Counted from the stretch's first letter, positions 22,718 to 33,260 are shown. The stretch: 64,000 bases of DNA from an uncultured Hormoscilla sp. (GCA_963921275.4 OZ001293.3:4576001-4640000); one strand, 5' to 3'. The notes: generated from the letters alone by a model not told the origin. Program-made: numbers and translations.

Positions 22718-23036
22718 TTAGCCCAAACATGGCCTAGTTTAGCCCAAGCATGGCCCCGGTTAGCTCAGATATGGCTTAGCTTAGCCATCTTTGGACTAGT
22801 TTAGCTCAGACATGGCTTAATTTAGCCCAAAGTTGCCTAAAATAGCCCAAACATGGCCTAAAATAGCCCAAACATGGCCCTCCCATGGCCATTTTTAGCC
22901 CTCCCATGGCCTAGTTTAGCTCAGACATGGCCTAGTTTAGTCCAAAGTGGCCTATTTTAATCCCAAATGGTCTAGGTTAGCCCAAAAATGGCCATGGTTA
23001 ACCCCAAAATGGCCATTTTTAGCCCAAACATGGCCA
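22718..23036. repeat. Degenerate 21-bp tandem repeat array
   Basis: About 15 units with consensus TTAGCCCAAACATGGCCTAGT. Confidence 0.8.
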
Positions 23037-23467
23037 AAAAACAGCGCAGCCTGCTTTAGTCAAAAATGAGCCTAAGCTAGCAAGGTTAAGACAGAACCAG
23101 AGAAAGATATATTACCATGACCGGGTGCTACCTCAGAATACTCCAGCTAACAATTTCAGGAAACGGTAACACTATTAGTAGTAACGACCAACACTGGCTG
23201 TTCTTTGTCAGAAAGCAGTACAAATTTCGATAACCGACCTTTAGCAACGGGGGCCCAGAAAGGCAATAGCGGCGGGGCGGCAGGCATAAGCGGTGCCCTG
23301 TTTGTCTTTAAATGGACGGTCAGAATGACCAACTTTCCGGATAGCATAAAAAAGTAATTTTATGTATCAGAGACGAAAAAACATAAAGATCCGTAAAGTA
23401 TAAGTAGGTAATCCATATTTCTTAAGATTTTTTAAATAGGTCGCAACTTGAGTTATGATAGACCTAG

Positions 23468-23528
23468 GTGCGACTCGTTCCGGCGTAAGTTAGAAATATG
23501 ACGATAGTCGGGCTAGTATTACACCAGC
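23468..23528 (+). other. Group II intron 5'-end stub upstream of the DUF4347-LRR gene, preceded by a solo IS982 end
   Basis: GTGCGACTCGTTCCGGCGTAAGTTAGAAATATGACGATAGTCGGGCTAG resembles the intron 5' ends at 5401 and 37942; ATAGGTCGCAACTTGAGT lies at ~23436-23453. Confidence 0.6.
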
Positions 23529-23588
23529 ATTTCTACAGAAAAATACAAGAGAAACCAAAAAATAAAACATAATACCAATGCCAACACC

Positions 23589-26500
23589 ATGGTAGTAGTG
23601 GATGCCTCCCTAGAAAACTACCAGCAGCTTATAGACGGCATCCGGCCTGGGGCCAAATCTTTTTTCTTAGACCTTCGGTCCGATGGCATCGAACAGATCG
23701 GCGAACTTCTCCGACAGCATCAAGAAACAGAGGTTCTGCACCTACTCTCCCATGGCAGCCCTGGCTGTCTGTATCTGGGAAACTCCCAACTGAGTTTAGA
23801 TACTCTAGGAGATTACGCTTCTACCCTGCAGAAGTGGAAAGTAAAACAACTCCTACTCTACGGCTGTAACGTCGCCGCCGGAGATGCAGGAGAGGAGTTG
23901 ATGACTAAGCTACAGGCCCTGACCGGGGCATCCCTCGCCGCCTCTACTACCCGGACAGGGGCAGCAGCCCGGGGCGGAAATTGGAGGTTGGAGTGGCGAA
24001 CTCCGGGGATGAAAACTCCCTTAGCATTGTCCGCAGAAGCTCAGATGGCCTATGGGGGCATATTGATCTCCCAGCAGGAGTATCAGGCCTTAAGGGCTCT
24101 CTATCAAAGCACCAATGGGGCTTCTTGGAGTAACAATACAGGCTGGCAAGACTGGAATTTCAACAGCCCAACTCCCCCCAATGATTCTGTTGTTAATGGT
24201 TGGCATGGAGTGACGGTAGCTAGCTCCCGGGTGATTAACCTCGAGCTGAACTTCAACCAACTGACTGGCAGCATCCCGACGGAGTTAGGGAATCTTTCCA
24301 ATTTGGAGTCTCTCTTGCTGTCCTTCAACCAACTGACTGGCAGCATCCCGACGGAGTTAGGGAATCTTTCCAATTTGCAGTTTCTCCAGCTGTTTTCCAA
24401 CCAACTGACTGGCAGCATCCCGACGGAGTTAGGGAATCTTTCCAATTTGGAGAATCTCCGGCTGTACTCCAACCAACTGACTGGCAGCATCCCGACGGAG
24501 TTAGGGAATCTTTCCAATTTGCAGTTTCTCCAGCTGTTTTCCAACCAACTGACTGGCAGCATCCCGACGGAGTTAGGGAATCTTTCCAATTTGGTATCTC
24601 TCGTGCTGTTCTCCAACCAACTGACTGGCAGCATCCCGACGGAGTTAGGGAATCTTTCCAATTTGGTATCTCTCGTGCTGTTCTCCAACCAACTGACTGG
24701 CAGCATCCCGACGGAGTTAGGGAATCTTTCCAATTTTATTTGGCTCCGGCTGGACTCCAACGAACTGACTGGCAGCATCCCGACGGAGTTAGGGAATCTT
24801 TCCAATTTGCGATCTCTCCAGCTGTTCTTTAACCAACTGACTGGCAGCATTTCCCAAGAGGTTCTAGATTTGAGTGCTGAGAAGCGATTGGAAAACCCCC
24901 CTTATGTTTTAACCGAGATTCCCTACGTCCAACTCTTGCTAGGTAATAACCTCAACATAAACATTAGCGCAGATTTCCGCGACATCAATAACAACATTAG
25001 TAGCTACGGCGCTAATGGTTTGCCAAACGGTTTAACCATTAACTCCACTACTGGGGTGATCAGCGGCACTCCTACTACTGAGGGCAGTTTTACCGTGACG
25101 GTAACAGCAACGGATAGGGCGGGAGGCCGGGGAGAAGATGAATTTAATATTACGGTATCGATTCCTCTCAATGCAAGTGATTACGACGCCCTTCGGGCTC
25201 TCTATAACAGTACTTCTGGGAATAATTGGAGGAAGAGGACAGGCTGGGATGTCAGCAGCCCAACTCCTCCCTCTGCTAGTGTTGTTAATAGCTGGCATGG
25301 GGTGACGGTAGTGGGCGATCGGGTGACGAAACTCTCCCTGTTCAACAACTCCCTGAGCGGTACGCTCCCCTCGGAGTTAGGCTCCCTCAGCAATTTGCAA
25401 GTCCTCTCCCTGAACTTCAGCTCCCTGAGCGGTACGCTCCCCTCGGAGTTAGGCTCCCTCAGCAATTTGCAAGAGCTCTGGCTGGACAGAAACTCCCTGA
25501 GCGGTACGCTCCCCTCTGAGTTAGGCTCCCTCAGCAATTTGCGAAAGCTCTACCTGCACAGAAACTCCCTGAGCGGTACGCTCCCCTCTGAGTTAGGCTC
25601 CCTCAGCAATTTGCAAGAGCTCTCCCTGCACAGAAACTCCCTGAGCGGTACGCTCCCCTCAACCTTAGGCTCCCTCAGCAATTTGCAAGAGCTCTCCCTG
25701 CACAGAAACTCCCTGAGCGGTACGCTCCCCTCAACCTTAGGCTCCCTCAGCAATTTGCAAAACCTCTACCTGGACAGAAACTCCCTGAGCGGTACGCTCC
25801 CCTCTGAGTTAGGCTCCCTCAGCAATTTGCAAGACCTCTACCTGTTCAACAACTCCCTGAGCGGTACGCTCCCCTCGGAGTTAGGCTCTTTCAGCAATTT
25901 GCAAGAGCTCTACCTGAACAACAACGACTTTCGCGGTACGATCCCCGACAGTATCAACGCTTTGTCAGCATCCAAACGATTGGAAAACCCTCCCTATGTG
26001 GAAATTCAAATTCCCGACGTCAATGCCTTAAGTGGTGAGAAATTCAACTTCAAGGTGGGCGGGAACTTCGGCGACCTCAACAACAACATTAGTAGCTACG
26101 GCGCTAATGGTTTGCCAGACGGTTTAACCATTAACTCCACTACTGGGGTGATCAGCGGCATTCCTACTATTCCTACTATTGATGGCAGTTTTACCGTGAC
26201 GGTAACAGCAACGGATGGGGTGGGATACCGGGGAGAGGATGAATTTAATATTACAGTATCGCGTCCCACTAGCTTCAACCTTTCTGATAGTTTCGCTCTC
26301 AATGGCAACTTTACCAATTTGTACATCGGTGACTTTAATGGGGACAATCATGATGATATCCTCCGTCAAGAAAAGGGCAGTTGGTCCAACGAGGATGCCT
26401 ATCGGACTGCTGAAGTCCTCTTATCCCAAGGTAACGGCAACTTTACCCGCACCACCCTTCCTGATAGTAGATCTCTCAATGGCAACTTTATCAATTTGTA

Positions 26501-27707
26501 CATCGGTGACTTTAATGGGGACAATCATGATGATATCCTCCGTCAAGAAAAGGGCAGTTGGTCCAAGGACGATGCCGTAAGGACTGCTGACGTCCTCTTA
26601 TCCCAAGGTAACGGCAACTTTACCCGCACCACCCTTCCTGATAGTTTCGCTCTCAATGGCAACTTTACCAATTTGTATGTCGGTGACTTTAATGGAGACG
26701 AAAAAAGCGATATCCTCCGTCAAGAAAAGGGCAGTTGGTCCAAGGACGATGCCGTAAGGACTGCTGACGTCCTCTTATCCCAAGGTAACGGCAACTTTAC
26801 CCGCACCACCCTTCCTGATAGTTTCGCTCTCAATGGCAACTTTACCAATTTGTATGTCGGTGACTTTAATGGAGACGGGAAAAGCGATATCCTCCGTCAA
26901 GAAAAGGGCGATTGGGATAACGATGCCATTCGGACTGCTGAAGTCCTCTTATCCCAAGGTAACGGCAACTTTACCCGCACCACCCTTCCTGATAGTTTCG
27001 AGCTCAAGGGCGACTTGACCAAGTTGTATATAGAAGATTTGGATGGTGATGACCGAGATGAGATTCTGGTTCAAAAAAAATTGACCCAAGAGGGTCTGTC
27101 CCGCCTCCTGAAGGTATTGTCCTCAAATGATGGGCGCAATTTTACCGAATCTCTGCTCCCTTCTGCGCTTCAGTTTTCCAGTCAAAGCGGGCAACTGTAT
27201 ATTGCCGATTACTCCGGCAGTGGGCAAAACAATGATGTTCTGGTTCAGCGTTCTGGAAATAACCAAGCGCTGCTAGGCAGCATTACCCTGGGGAGCAATG
27301 ACTACCTTCAAGGGGGAACAGGAAACGATTCCCTCAATGGGGGTAACGGAAACGACTGGATTCGCGGATACGGGGGCGACGATACCCTTTTAGGGGGCAG
27401 CGATAACGATACTCTCTATGGCGACGAGGGAGAGGATATTCTCAATGAGGGTAAGGGGCACGACATGCTTTACGGCAATTCCGGTAGTGATACTTTTGTC
27501 TTGGCCCGGGGCATGGGCGGGGATACCATCCAGGACTTTTCAGATGGTACGGACTTTATCCGGTTAGAAGGAGGTTTGAGTTTTGCTGATTTAGGAATTG
27601 ATTCTCAGAACGATTCGACTTCTATTAAGGTCAGTGCTTCTGGGGAACTGTTGGGGATTTTGTCGGGGGTTGATTCTAGTCTTATTGGTGCTTCTGATTT
27701 TGTTTAG
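23589..27707 (+). CDS. Large secreted/surface protein: DUF4347 - LRR - Ig(He_PIG) - LRR - Ig - FG-GAP/VCBS repeats - RTX Ca-binding C-terminus
   Basis: LHLLSHGSPG/LLLYGCNVAAG (DUF4347); 24-aa LxxLxLxxNxLTGSIPxELGxL repeats; GLPNGLTINSTTGVISGTPT; GDFNGD repeats; GGxGND nonapeptides. Confidence 0.92.
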   Translation: MVVVDASLENYQQLIDGIRPGAKSFFLDLRSDGIEQIGELLRQHQETEVLHLLSHGSPGCLYLGNSQLSLDTLGDYASTLQKWKVKQLLLYGCNVAAGDAGEELMTKLQALTGASLAASTTRTGAAARGGNWRLEWRTPGMKTPLALSAEAQMAYGGILISQQEYQALRALYQSTNGASWSNNTGWQDWNFNSPTPPNDSVVNGWHGVTVASSRVINLELNFNQLTGSIPTELGNLSNLESLLLSFNQLTGSIPTELGNLSNLQFLQLFSNQLTGSIPTELGNLSNLENLRLYSNQLTGSIPTELGNLSNLQFLQLFSNQLTGSIPTELGNLSNLVSLVLFSNQLTGSIPTELGNLSNLVSLVLFSNQLTGSIPTELGNLSNFIWLRLDSNELTGSIPTELGNLSNLRSLQLFFNQLTGSISQEVLDLSAEKRLENPPYVLTEIPYVQLLLGNNLNINISADFRDINNNISSYGANGLPNGLTINSTTGVISGTPTTEGSFTVTVTATDRAGGRGEDEFNITVSIPLNASDYDALRALYNSTSGNNWRKRTGWDVSSPTPPSASVVNSWHGVTVVGDRVTKLSLFNNSLSGTLPSELGSLSNLQVLSLNFSSLSGTLPSELGSLSNLQELWLDRNSLSGTLPSELGSLSNLRKLYLHRNSLSGTLPSELGSLSNLQELSLHRNSLSGTLPSTLGSLSNLQELSLHRNSLSGTLPSTLGSLSNLQNLYLDRNSLSGTLPSELGSLSNLQDLYLFNNSLSGTLPSELGSFSNLQELYLNNNDFRGTIPDSINALSASKRLENPPYVEIQIPDVNALSGEKFNFKVGGNFGDLNNNISSYGANGLPDGLTINSTTGVISGIPTIPTIDGSFTVTVTATDGVGYRGEDEFNITVSRPTSFNLSDSFALNGNFTNLYIGDFNGDNHDDILRQEKGSWSNEDAYRTAEVLLSQGNGNFTRTTLPDSRSLNGNFINLYIGDFNGDNHDDILRQEKGSWSKDDAVRTADVLLSQGNGNFTRTTLPDSFALNGNFTNLYVGDFNGDEKSDILRQEKGSWSKDDAVRTADVLLSQGNGNFTRTTLPDSFALNGNFTNLYVGDFNGDGKSDILRQEKGDWDNDAIRTAEVLLSQGNGNFTRTTLPDSFELKGDLTKLYIEDLDGDDRDEILVQKKLTQEGLSRLLKVLSSNDGRNFTESLLPSALQFSSQSGQLYIADYSGSGQNNDVLVQRSGNNQALLGSITLGSNDYLQGGTGNDSLNGGNGNDWIRGYGGDDTLLGGSDNDTLYGDEGEDILNEGKGHDMLYGNSGSDTFVLARGMGGDTIQDFSDGTDFIRLEGGLSFADLGIDSQNDSTSIKVSASGELLGILSGVDSSLIGASDFV
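24230..24852 (+). repeat. 72-bp LRR tandem repeat block 1 (9 units)
   Basis: Near-invariant AACCAACTGACTGGCAGCATCCCGACGGAGTTAGGGAATCTTTCCAATTTG plus a 21-nt variable segment. Confidence 0.95.
25322..25950 (+). repeat. 72-bp LRR tandem repeat block 2 (9 units)
   Basis: Framework AACTCCCTGAGCGGTACGCTCCCCTC-GAGTTAGGCTCCCTCAGCAATTTG. Confidence 0.95.
26280..27005 (+). repeat. Four 177-bp (59-aa) FG-GAP-like repeats
   Basis: Repeated DSFALNGNFTNLY.GDFNGD...DILRQEKG.W...RTA.VLLSQGNGNFTRTTLP. Confidence 0.9.
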
Positions 27708-27883
27708 TTACGGTAAGGCTGTTGTTTTCCCTGGGGGGCCTTTGACTGCTATTGGGGTGTGGTCTTGCGCCCGTTGGTAGGAGACAGTAGCCGGGCCAGT
27801 GAAGGGCCGGGTCTGTCCTATGGTAAAGCAGGAAATGTTACCAATGTCGCCGGTAACCAACACTTGAGTTATAATAAACAAAC

Positions 27884-27944
27884 GTGCCACTCGTTCCGGC
27901 GTAAGTCAGAAATATGACGATAGTCGGGCTAGTATTACACCAGC
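27884..27944 (+). other. Second copy of the group II intron 5'-end stub, upstream of the paralog
   Basis: GTGCCACTCGTTCCGGCGTAAGTCAGAAATATGACGATAGTCGGGCTAG. Confidence 0.55.
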
Positions 27945-27977
27945 ACCTCTACAGAAAAATACAAGAGAAACCAAAAA

Positions 27978-30900
27978 ATGAAGCATAATACCAATGCCAA
28001 CACCATGGTAGTAGTGGATGCTTCCCTAGAAAACTACCAGCAGCTTATAGACGGCATCCGGCCTGGGGCCAAATCTTTCCTCTTAGACCTTCGGTCCGAT
28101 GGCATCAAACAGATCGGCGAACTTCTCCGACAGCATAAAGAAACAGAGGTTCTGCACCTACTCTCCCATGGCAGCCCTGGCTGTCTGTATCTGGGAAACT
28201 CCCAACTGAGTTTGGATGGGGTCGAGCCGGGAATCGCTTCCCGACCCTCCCTTTCGGAACCGGACTTGCGATTTTCACCGCATCCGGCTACTGGGTACTA
28301 GGCCCTTTTCATAGGTAGACTTAATAGGAATTACTTCCGTTAGCCCTTGCCGCCTGTCTTTTCTTCCCTTTCCTGGTTTAGCGAGTGGTTGTTCTGATAA
28401 CCGTTAGTATCACCATTTTCAAGTCAGTTTTACCAGTTATCCATACCTTATCCTCCACTTGCGTTTCGGATTAGTTCCGTGGCTTTTTAGGATTACTCAT
28501 TCCAGCAGCTTCCTAGTATCACCGACCCACGTCAGCGCTGGCTACCCAGCATCATCTACATTACTGTAGATGTTATCCCAGGAATTACCCCGGGCATTCG
28601 CTTCTTGGGCCATCCCTCCCCCCGTGGCTTGCGCTTAACATCTAACTTGTCCTGATGGACAGCACACGAGAGGTTACTTCGTTCCCTAACAACATTTCGC
28701 GATACCTTTAGGTCCACACTATACCCCGGGAGCTATTTGAGTACTATATTAGCCAGAGTCTAAAACTAATACTAGCTACCATTTCCTTTTTAGGCCAGCG
28801 CATATAGCCTTATTTCGCTGGTTCCTTATAACGAGGCTTGCACATGTTTGCCTGCTCTAACCTTGGATATCTTTCCTAGCGGCGTCACCGGCTTAGGCTG
28901 CCAGTTATCCTACATTTGAGTCCTCGCTTAGCACCACGATGATGTCGCTTCGTAGCACCGAGGACCGGTGTCACCCCCGTACCTGGGGGGAGGGGAATTT
29001 AACCCCCATGCGGTCAGAGTTCCCGGCTAATGAAACCGGGCTAGCGTTCCGTGTTTGACCACGTTAGGCTAGAACGAATCGCACAGATCCTCTAGGAGAT
29101 TACGCCTCTACCCTACAGAAGTGGAAGGTAAAACAACTCCTACTCTACGGCTGTAACGTCGCCGCCGGAGATGCAGGAGAGGAGTTGATGACTAAGCTAC
29201 AGGCCCTAACCGGGGCATCCCTCGCCGCCTCTACTACCCGGACAGGGGCAGCAGCCCGGGGCGGAAATTGGAAGTTGGAGTGGCGAACTCCGGGGATGAA
29301 AACTCCCTTAGCATTGTCCGCAGAAGCTCAGATGGCCTATGGGGGCATATTGATCTCCCAGCAGGAGTATCAGGCCTTAAGGGCTCTATACCAAAGCACC
29401 AATGGGGCTTCTTGGAGTAACAATACAGGCTGGCGAGACTGGAATTTCAACAGCCCAACTCCCCCCAATGATTCTGTTGTTAATGGTTGGTATGGAGTGA
29501 CGGTAGCTAACTCCCAGGTGACTCGCCTCCGGCTGTTCTCCAACCAACTGACTGGCAGCATCCCGACGGAGTTAGGGAATCTTTCCAAATTGGCGGCGCT
29601 CTTGCTGAACTCCAACCAACTGACTGGCAGCATCCCGACGGAGTTAGGGAATCTTTCCAATTTGCAGTTCCTCGAGCTGGACAGAAACCAACTGACTGGC
29701 AGCATCCCGACGGAGTTAGGGAATCTTTCTACTTTGCGACGTCTCTGGCTGGACTCCAACCAACTGACTGGCAGCATCCCGACGGAGTTAGGGAATCTTT
29801 CCAATTTGACAACTCTCCTTCTGAACTCCAACCAACTGACTGGCAGCATCCCGACGGAGTTAGGGAATCTTTCTAAATTGGCGGCGCTCTTGCTGAACTC
29901 CAACCAACTGACTGGCAGCATCCCGACGGAGTTAGGGAATTTTTCCAATTTGCAGTTCCTCGAGCTGGACAGAAACCAACTGACTGGCAGCATCCCGACG
30001 GAGTTAGGGAATCTTTCCAATTTGGTGCAGCTCTTTCTGTACTCCAACCAACTGACTGGCAGCATCCCGACGGAGTTAGGGAATCTTTCCAATTTGGTGC
30101 TGCTCTGGCTGTACTCCAACCAACTGACTGGCAGCATCCCGACGGAGTTAGGGAATCTTTCCAATTTGCAGTTTCTCTACCTGTCCGGCAACCAACTGAC
30201 TGGCAGCATCCCGACTGAATTAGGGAATCTTTCCAATTTGAAGAATCTCCGGCTGGGCTCCAACCAACTGACTGGCAGCATCCCGACGGAGTTAGGGAAT
30301 CTTTCTAATTTGCGACTTCTCTTGCTGTACTCCAACCAACTGACTGGCAGCATCCCGACGGAGTTAGAGAATCTTTCCTATTTGTGGGCGCTCTACCTGA
30401 ACAACAACCTCCTGACTGGCAGCATCCCCCAAGAGGTTCTAGATTTGAGGGGCTTAGTCTTAAAGCGATTGGAAAACCCCCCTTATGTTTTAACCGAGAT
30501 TTCGACGTCCAACTCTTGCTAGGTAATAATCTCAACATAGACATTAGCGCAAATTTCGGCGACATCAATAACAACATCAACAACTACACAGCTACCGGTT
30601 TACCAGGGGGCGTAACCATCAACAGTCGGGGAGTTATCAGCGGTACTCCTACTACCGCAGACACCTTTACCGTGACGGTAACAGCAACGGATAGGGCGGG
30701 ATACCGGGGAGAGGATGAATTTAATATTACGGTATTGACTCGTAATCCTCTCAATGCTAATGATTATGCAGCCCTTCTGACTCTCTATAACAGTACTTCT
30801 GGGGAGAATTGGGCGAACAGGACAGGCTGGGATGTCAGCAGCCGGACTCCCCTCTCTGCCGATGTTGTTAATGGCTGGCATGGGGTGACGGTAGTGGGAA

Positions 30901-31994
30901 ATCGGGTGACAGGACTCAACCTGGACAGAAACTCCCTGAGCGGTACGATCCCGTTCGAGTTAGGTTCCCTCAGCAATTTGCGATACCTCTGGCTGGGCTC
31001 CAACTCCCTGAGCGGTACGATCCCCTCTGAGTTAGGCTCCCTCAGCAATTTGCAACGTCTCTCCCTGCACCACAACAACTCCCTGAGCGGTACGATCCCC
31101 TCGGAGTTAGGCTCCCTCAGCAATTTGCAAGAACTCTCCGTGAACAACAACCGACTGAGCGGTACGCTCCCTTCAGGGTTAGGCTCCCTCAGCAATTTGC
31201 AAAGCCTTATTCTGTCCTCCAACAACCTGAGCGGTACGATCCCCTCGGAGTTAGGCTCCCTCAGCAATTTGTCAGGCCTCTTCCTGCACAACAACTCCCT
31301 GATCGGTACGATCCCCTCGGAGTTAGGCTCCCTCAGCAATTTGCAACACCTCTACCTGTACAACAACGACTTTCGCGGTACGATCCCCGACAGTATCAAC
31401 GCTTTGTCAGCAGACAAACAATTGGAAAACCCTCCCTATGTGGAAACTCAAATTCCCGACGTCAATGCCTTCAGGAGTGAGAACTTCAACTTCAATGTCA
31501 GCCGGAACTTCGGCGACCTCAACAACAACATTAATAGCTACGGCGCTAATGGTTTGCCAAACGGTTTAACCATTAACTCCACTACTGGGGTGATCAGCGG
31601 CACTCCTACTACTGATGGCAGTTTTACCGTGACGGTAACAGCAACGGATAGGGCGGGAGGCCGGGGAGAGGATGAATTTAATATTACAGTATCGCGTCCC
31701 ACTAGCTTCACCCTTTCTGATAGTTTCGCTCTCAATGGCAACTTTACCAATTTGTACATCGGTGACTTTAATGGGGACAATTATGATGATATCCTCCGTC
31801 AAGAAAAGGGCAGTTGGTCCAACGACGATGCCTATCGGACTGCTGAAGTCCTCTTATCCCAAGGTAACGGCAACTTTACCCGCACCACCCTTCCTGATAG
31901 TTTCGCTCTCAATGGCAACTTTACCAATTTGTATGTCGGTGACTTTAATGGGGACAATCATGAATTATTTCACCCCAGTCTGAACCCACCATGA
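27978..31994 (+). pseudogene. Second DUF4347-LRR-Ig paralog, inactivated
   Basis: Interrupted by an antisense intron (28214-29084); 1-nt frameshift near 30503; truncated in the second FG-GAP repeat; 13 + 7 LRR units. Confidence 0.9.
28214..29084 (-). mobile_element. ORF-less group II intron C, antisense to its host gene
   Basis: 5' GTGCGATTCGTT at 29084; domain V AGCCGGATGCGGTGAAAATCGCAAGTCCGGTT; boundaries fixed by the intact paralog (CTGAGTTT|AGAT); 871 bp. Confidence 0.93.
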
Positions 31995-32208
31995 TCTTAG
32001 GGATAAACCAACCCAAGCTCAAACCATTGTTAAGATATTTTGGCATTTTATTTAGGCTATCGCTCCCAAATGCGATCATAATTCGATGAAAAAATATGGA
32101 CAATCGTTCCTGTTACTCTTGGCTTAAAGTTGACTGGTTATTATAGCAAATGGACTTGATTTTATCCGGGCGATCGCCCGGGGGGTGGGCCCCAGCCCAC
32201 CAGAGAAA

Positions 32209-33036
32209 TTACAGGATTTTCTCCAAACCGTAAACCAAAGTCTTCAACTGCAATATTTTACGAATTGCGAGCAACACTCCCGGCATATAGCAAGAGCGAT
32301 CGCTCGTATCGTGACGCAAGGTATAGATTTGCCCCTGGGCACCAAAAATAACTTCCTGATGGGCAATCAAACCCGGTAACCGGACGCTATGAATGCGAAT
32401 CCCTTCATCAGCTAAACTCCCCCGGGCCCCAGCTAACTTTTCCGTTTCTATCACCGAGGGGGGGTTGAAAGTTTTGCCCATTTCTGCTAGCATCAGAGCA
32501 GTCTTAACTGCCGTCCCACTGGGGGCGTCGGCTTTTTGATTGTGGTGCAGTTCGATGATTTCCACATGGTCAAAATATTTAGATGCCTGTAGGGCCGCTT
32601 GCTGCAACAACACCATGCCAATGGAAAAATTAGGAATAATTAAACATCCCGTGCTAGCTTTATCGGCAAATTCAGCTAACTCGGCAATTTGTTCGAGACT
32701 CAAACCCGTAGTACCGACTACAGGCCGGATGCCATAGGCGATCGCCGATCGGACATTATCGTAAACTGAGTCAGGATGGGTAAAATCCACCATCACCCCC
32801 AACTGTTTTTCCTGTGCCGCCAAGGCCAAAACTGACTCTAACTGATTGAGGATCGGCACTTCCACAACACCGCATCCCGCCACTTCCCCAACATCCTGGC
32901 CATTATATTCTCTGTTGTAGTCAACAGCGCCCAGCAGGGTCATATCCTCTGCTTGCGTCACCGCCTTAATCACCTCGCGTCCCATTTTGCCAGCAGCACC
33001 ATTAACAACTACGGGAATGGGAAGATTACTTGTCAT
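32209..33036 (-). CDS. dapB: 4-hydroxy-tetrahydrodipicolinate reductase
   Basis: [37 protein letters not shown]. Confidence 0.97.
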   Translation of the reverse strand: MTSNLPIPVVVNGAAGKMGREVIKAVTQAEDMTLLGAVDYNREYNGQDVGEVAGCGVVEVPILNQLESVLALAAQEKQLGVMVDFTHPDSVYDNVRSAIAYGIRPVVGTTGLSLEQIAELAEFADKASTGCLIIPNFSIGMVLLQQAALQASKYFDHVEIIELHHNQKADAPSGTAVKTALMLAEMGKTFNPPSVIETEKLAGARGSLADEGIRIHSVRLPGLIAHQEVIFGAQGQIYTLRHDTSDRSCYMPGVLLAIRKILQLKTLVYGLEKIL

Positions 33037-33260
33037 CGGTCAAAAGTCCTTTATCCTCAGTTGATAGTTAACTATTATATCATAGCCCAAGTTGCTACCT
33101 ATAAAAAAATCAACCCTAGGATGGAGTATTTGAGAAAAATAGAGCCTAAAATGAAGAATATAGTCTATATTGACACTGGAAAACGGCAGGGGAGAGCTTC
33201 ATTGTTTTTGTGTAGGTCGTAACTTGAGTTATCATATTCGATAGCTATCATATTGAACTT

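Noticed and set aside
23150..23340. Possible remnant of a glycine-rich secreted protein (GNGNTIS..LFFV..GGAAGISGALFV)
   Set aside because: Too degraded to call without a homology search
23468..23560. c-di-GMP riboswitch ahead of the adhesin genes
   Set aside because: It lacks the GEMM consensus and matches group II intron 5' ends better
24230..25950. CRISPR array (constant 51 nt plus variable 21 nt)
   Set aside because: It is in-frame LRR coding sequence, the variable parts keep fixed Leu codons, and there are no cas genes
24230..30420. DGR-style adenine mutagenesis as the source of LRR variation (NNC/NNT/NNG codon pattern)
   Set aside because: No RT or template repeat is in the window, and adenines at synonymous framework positions (CAA, TTA) are essentially invariant
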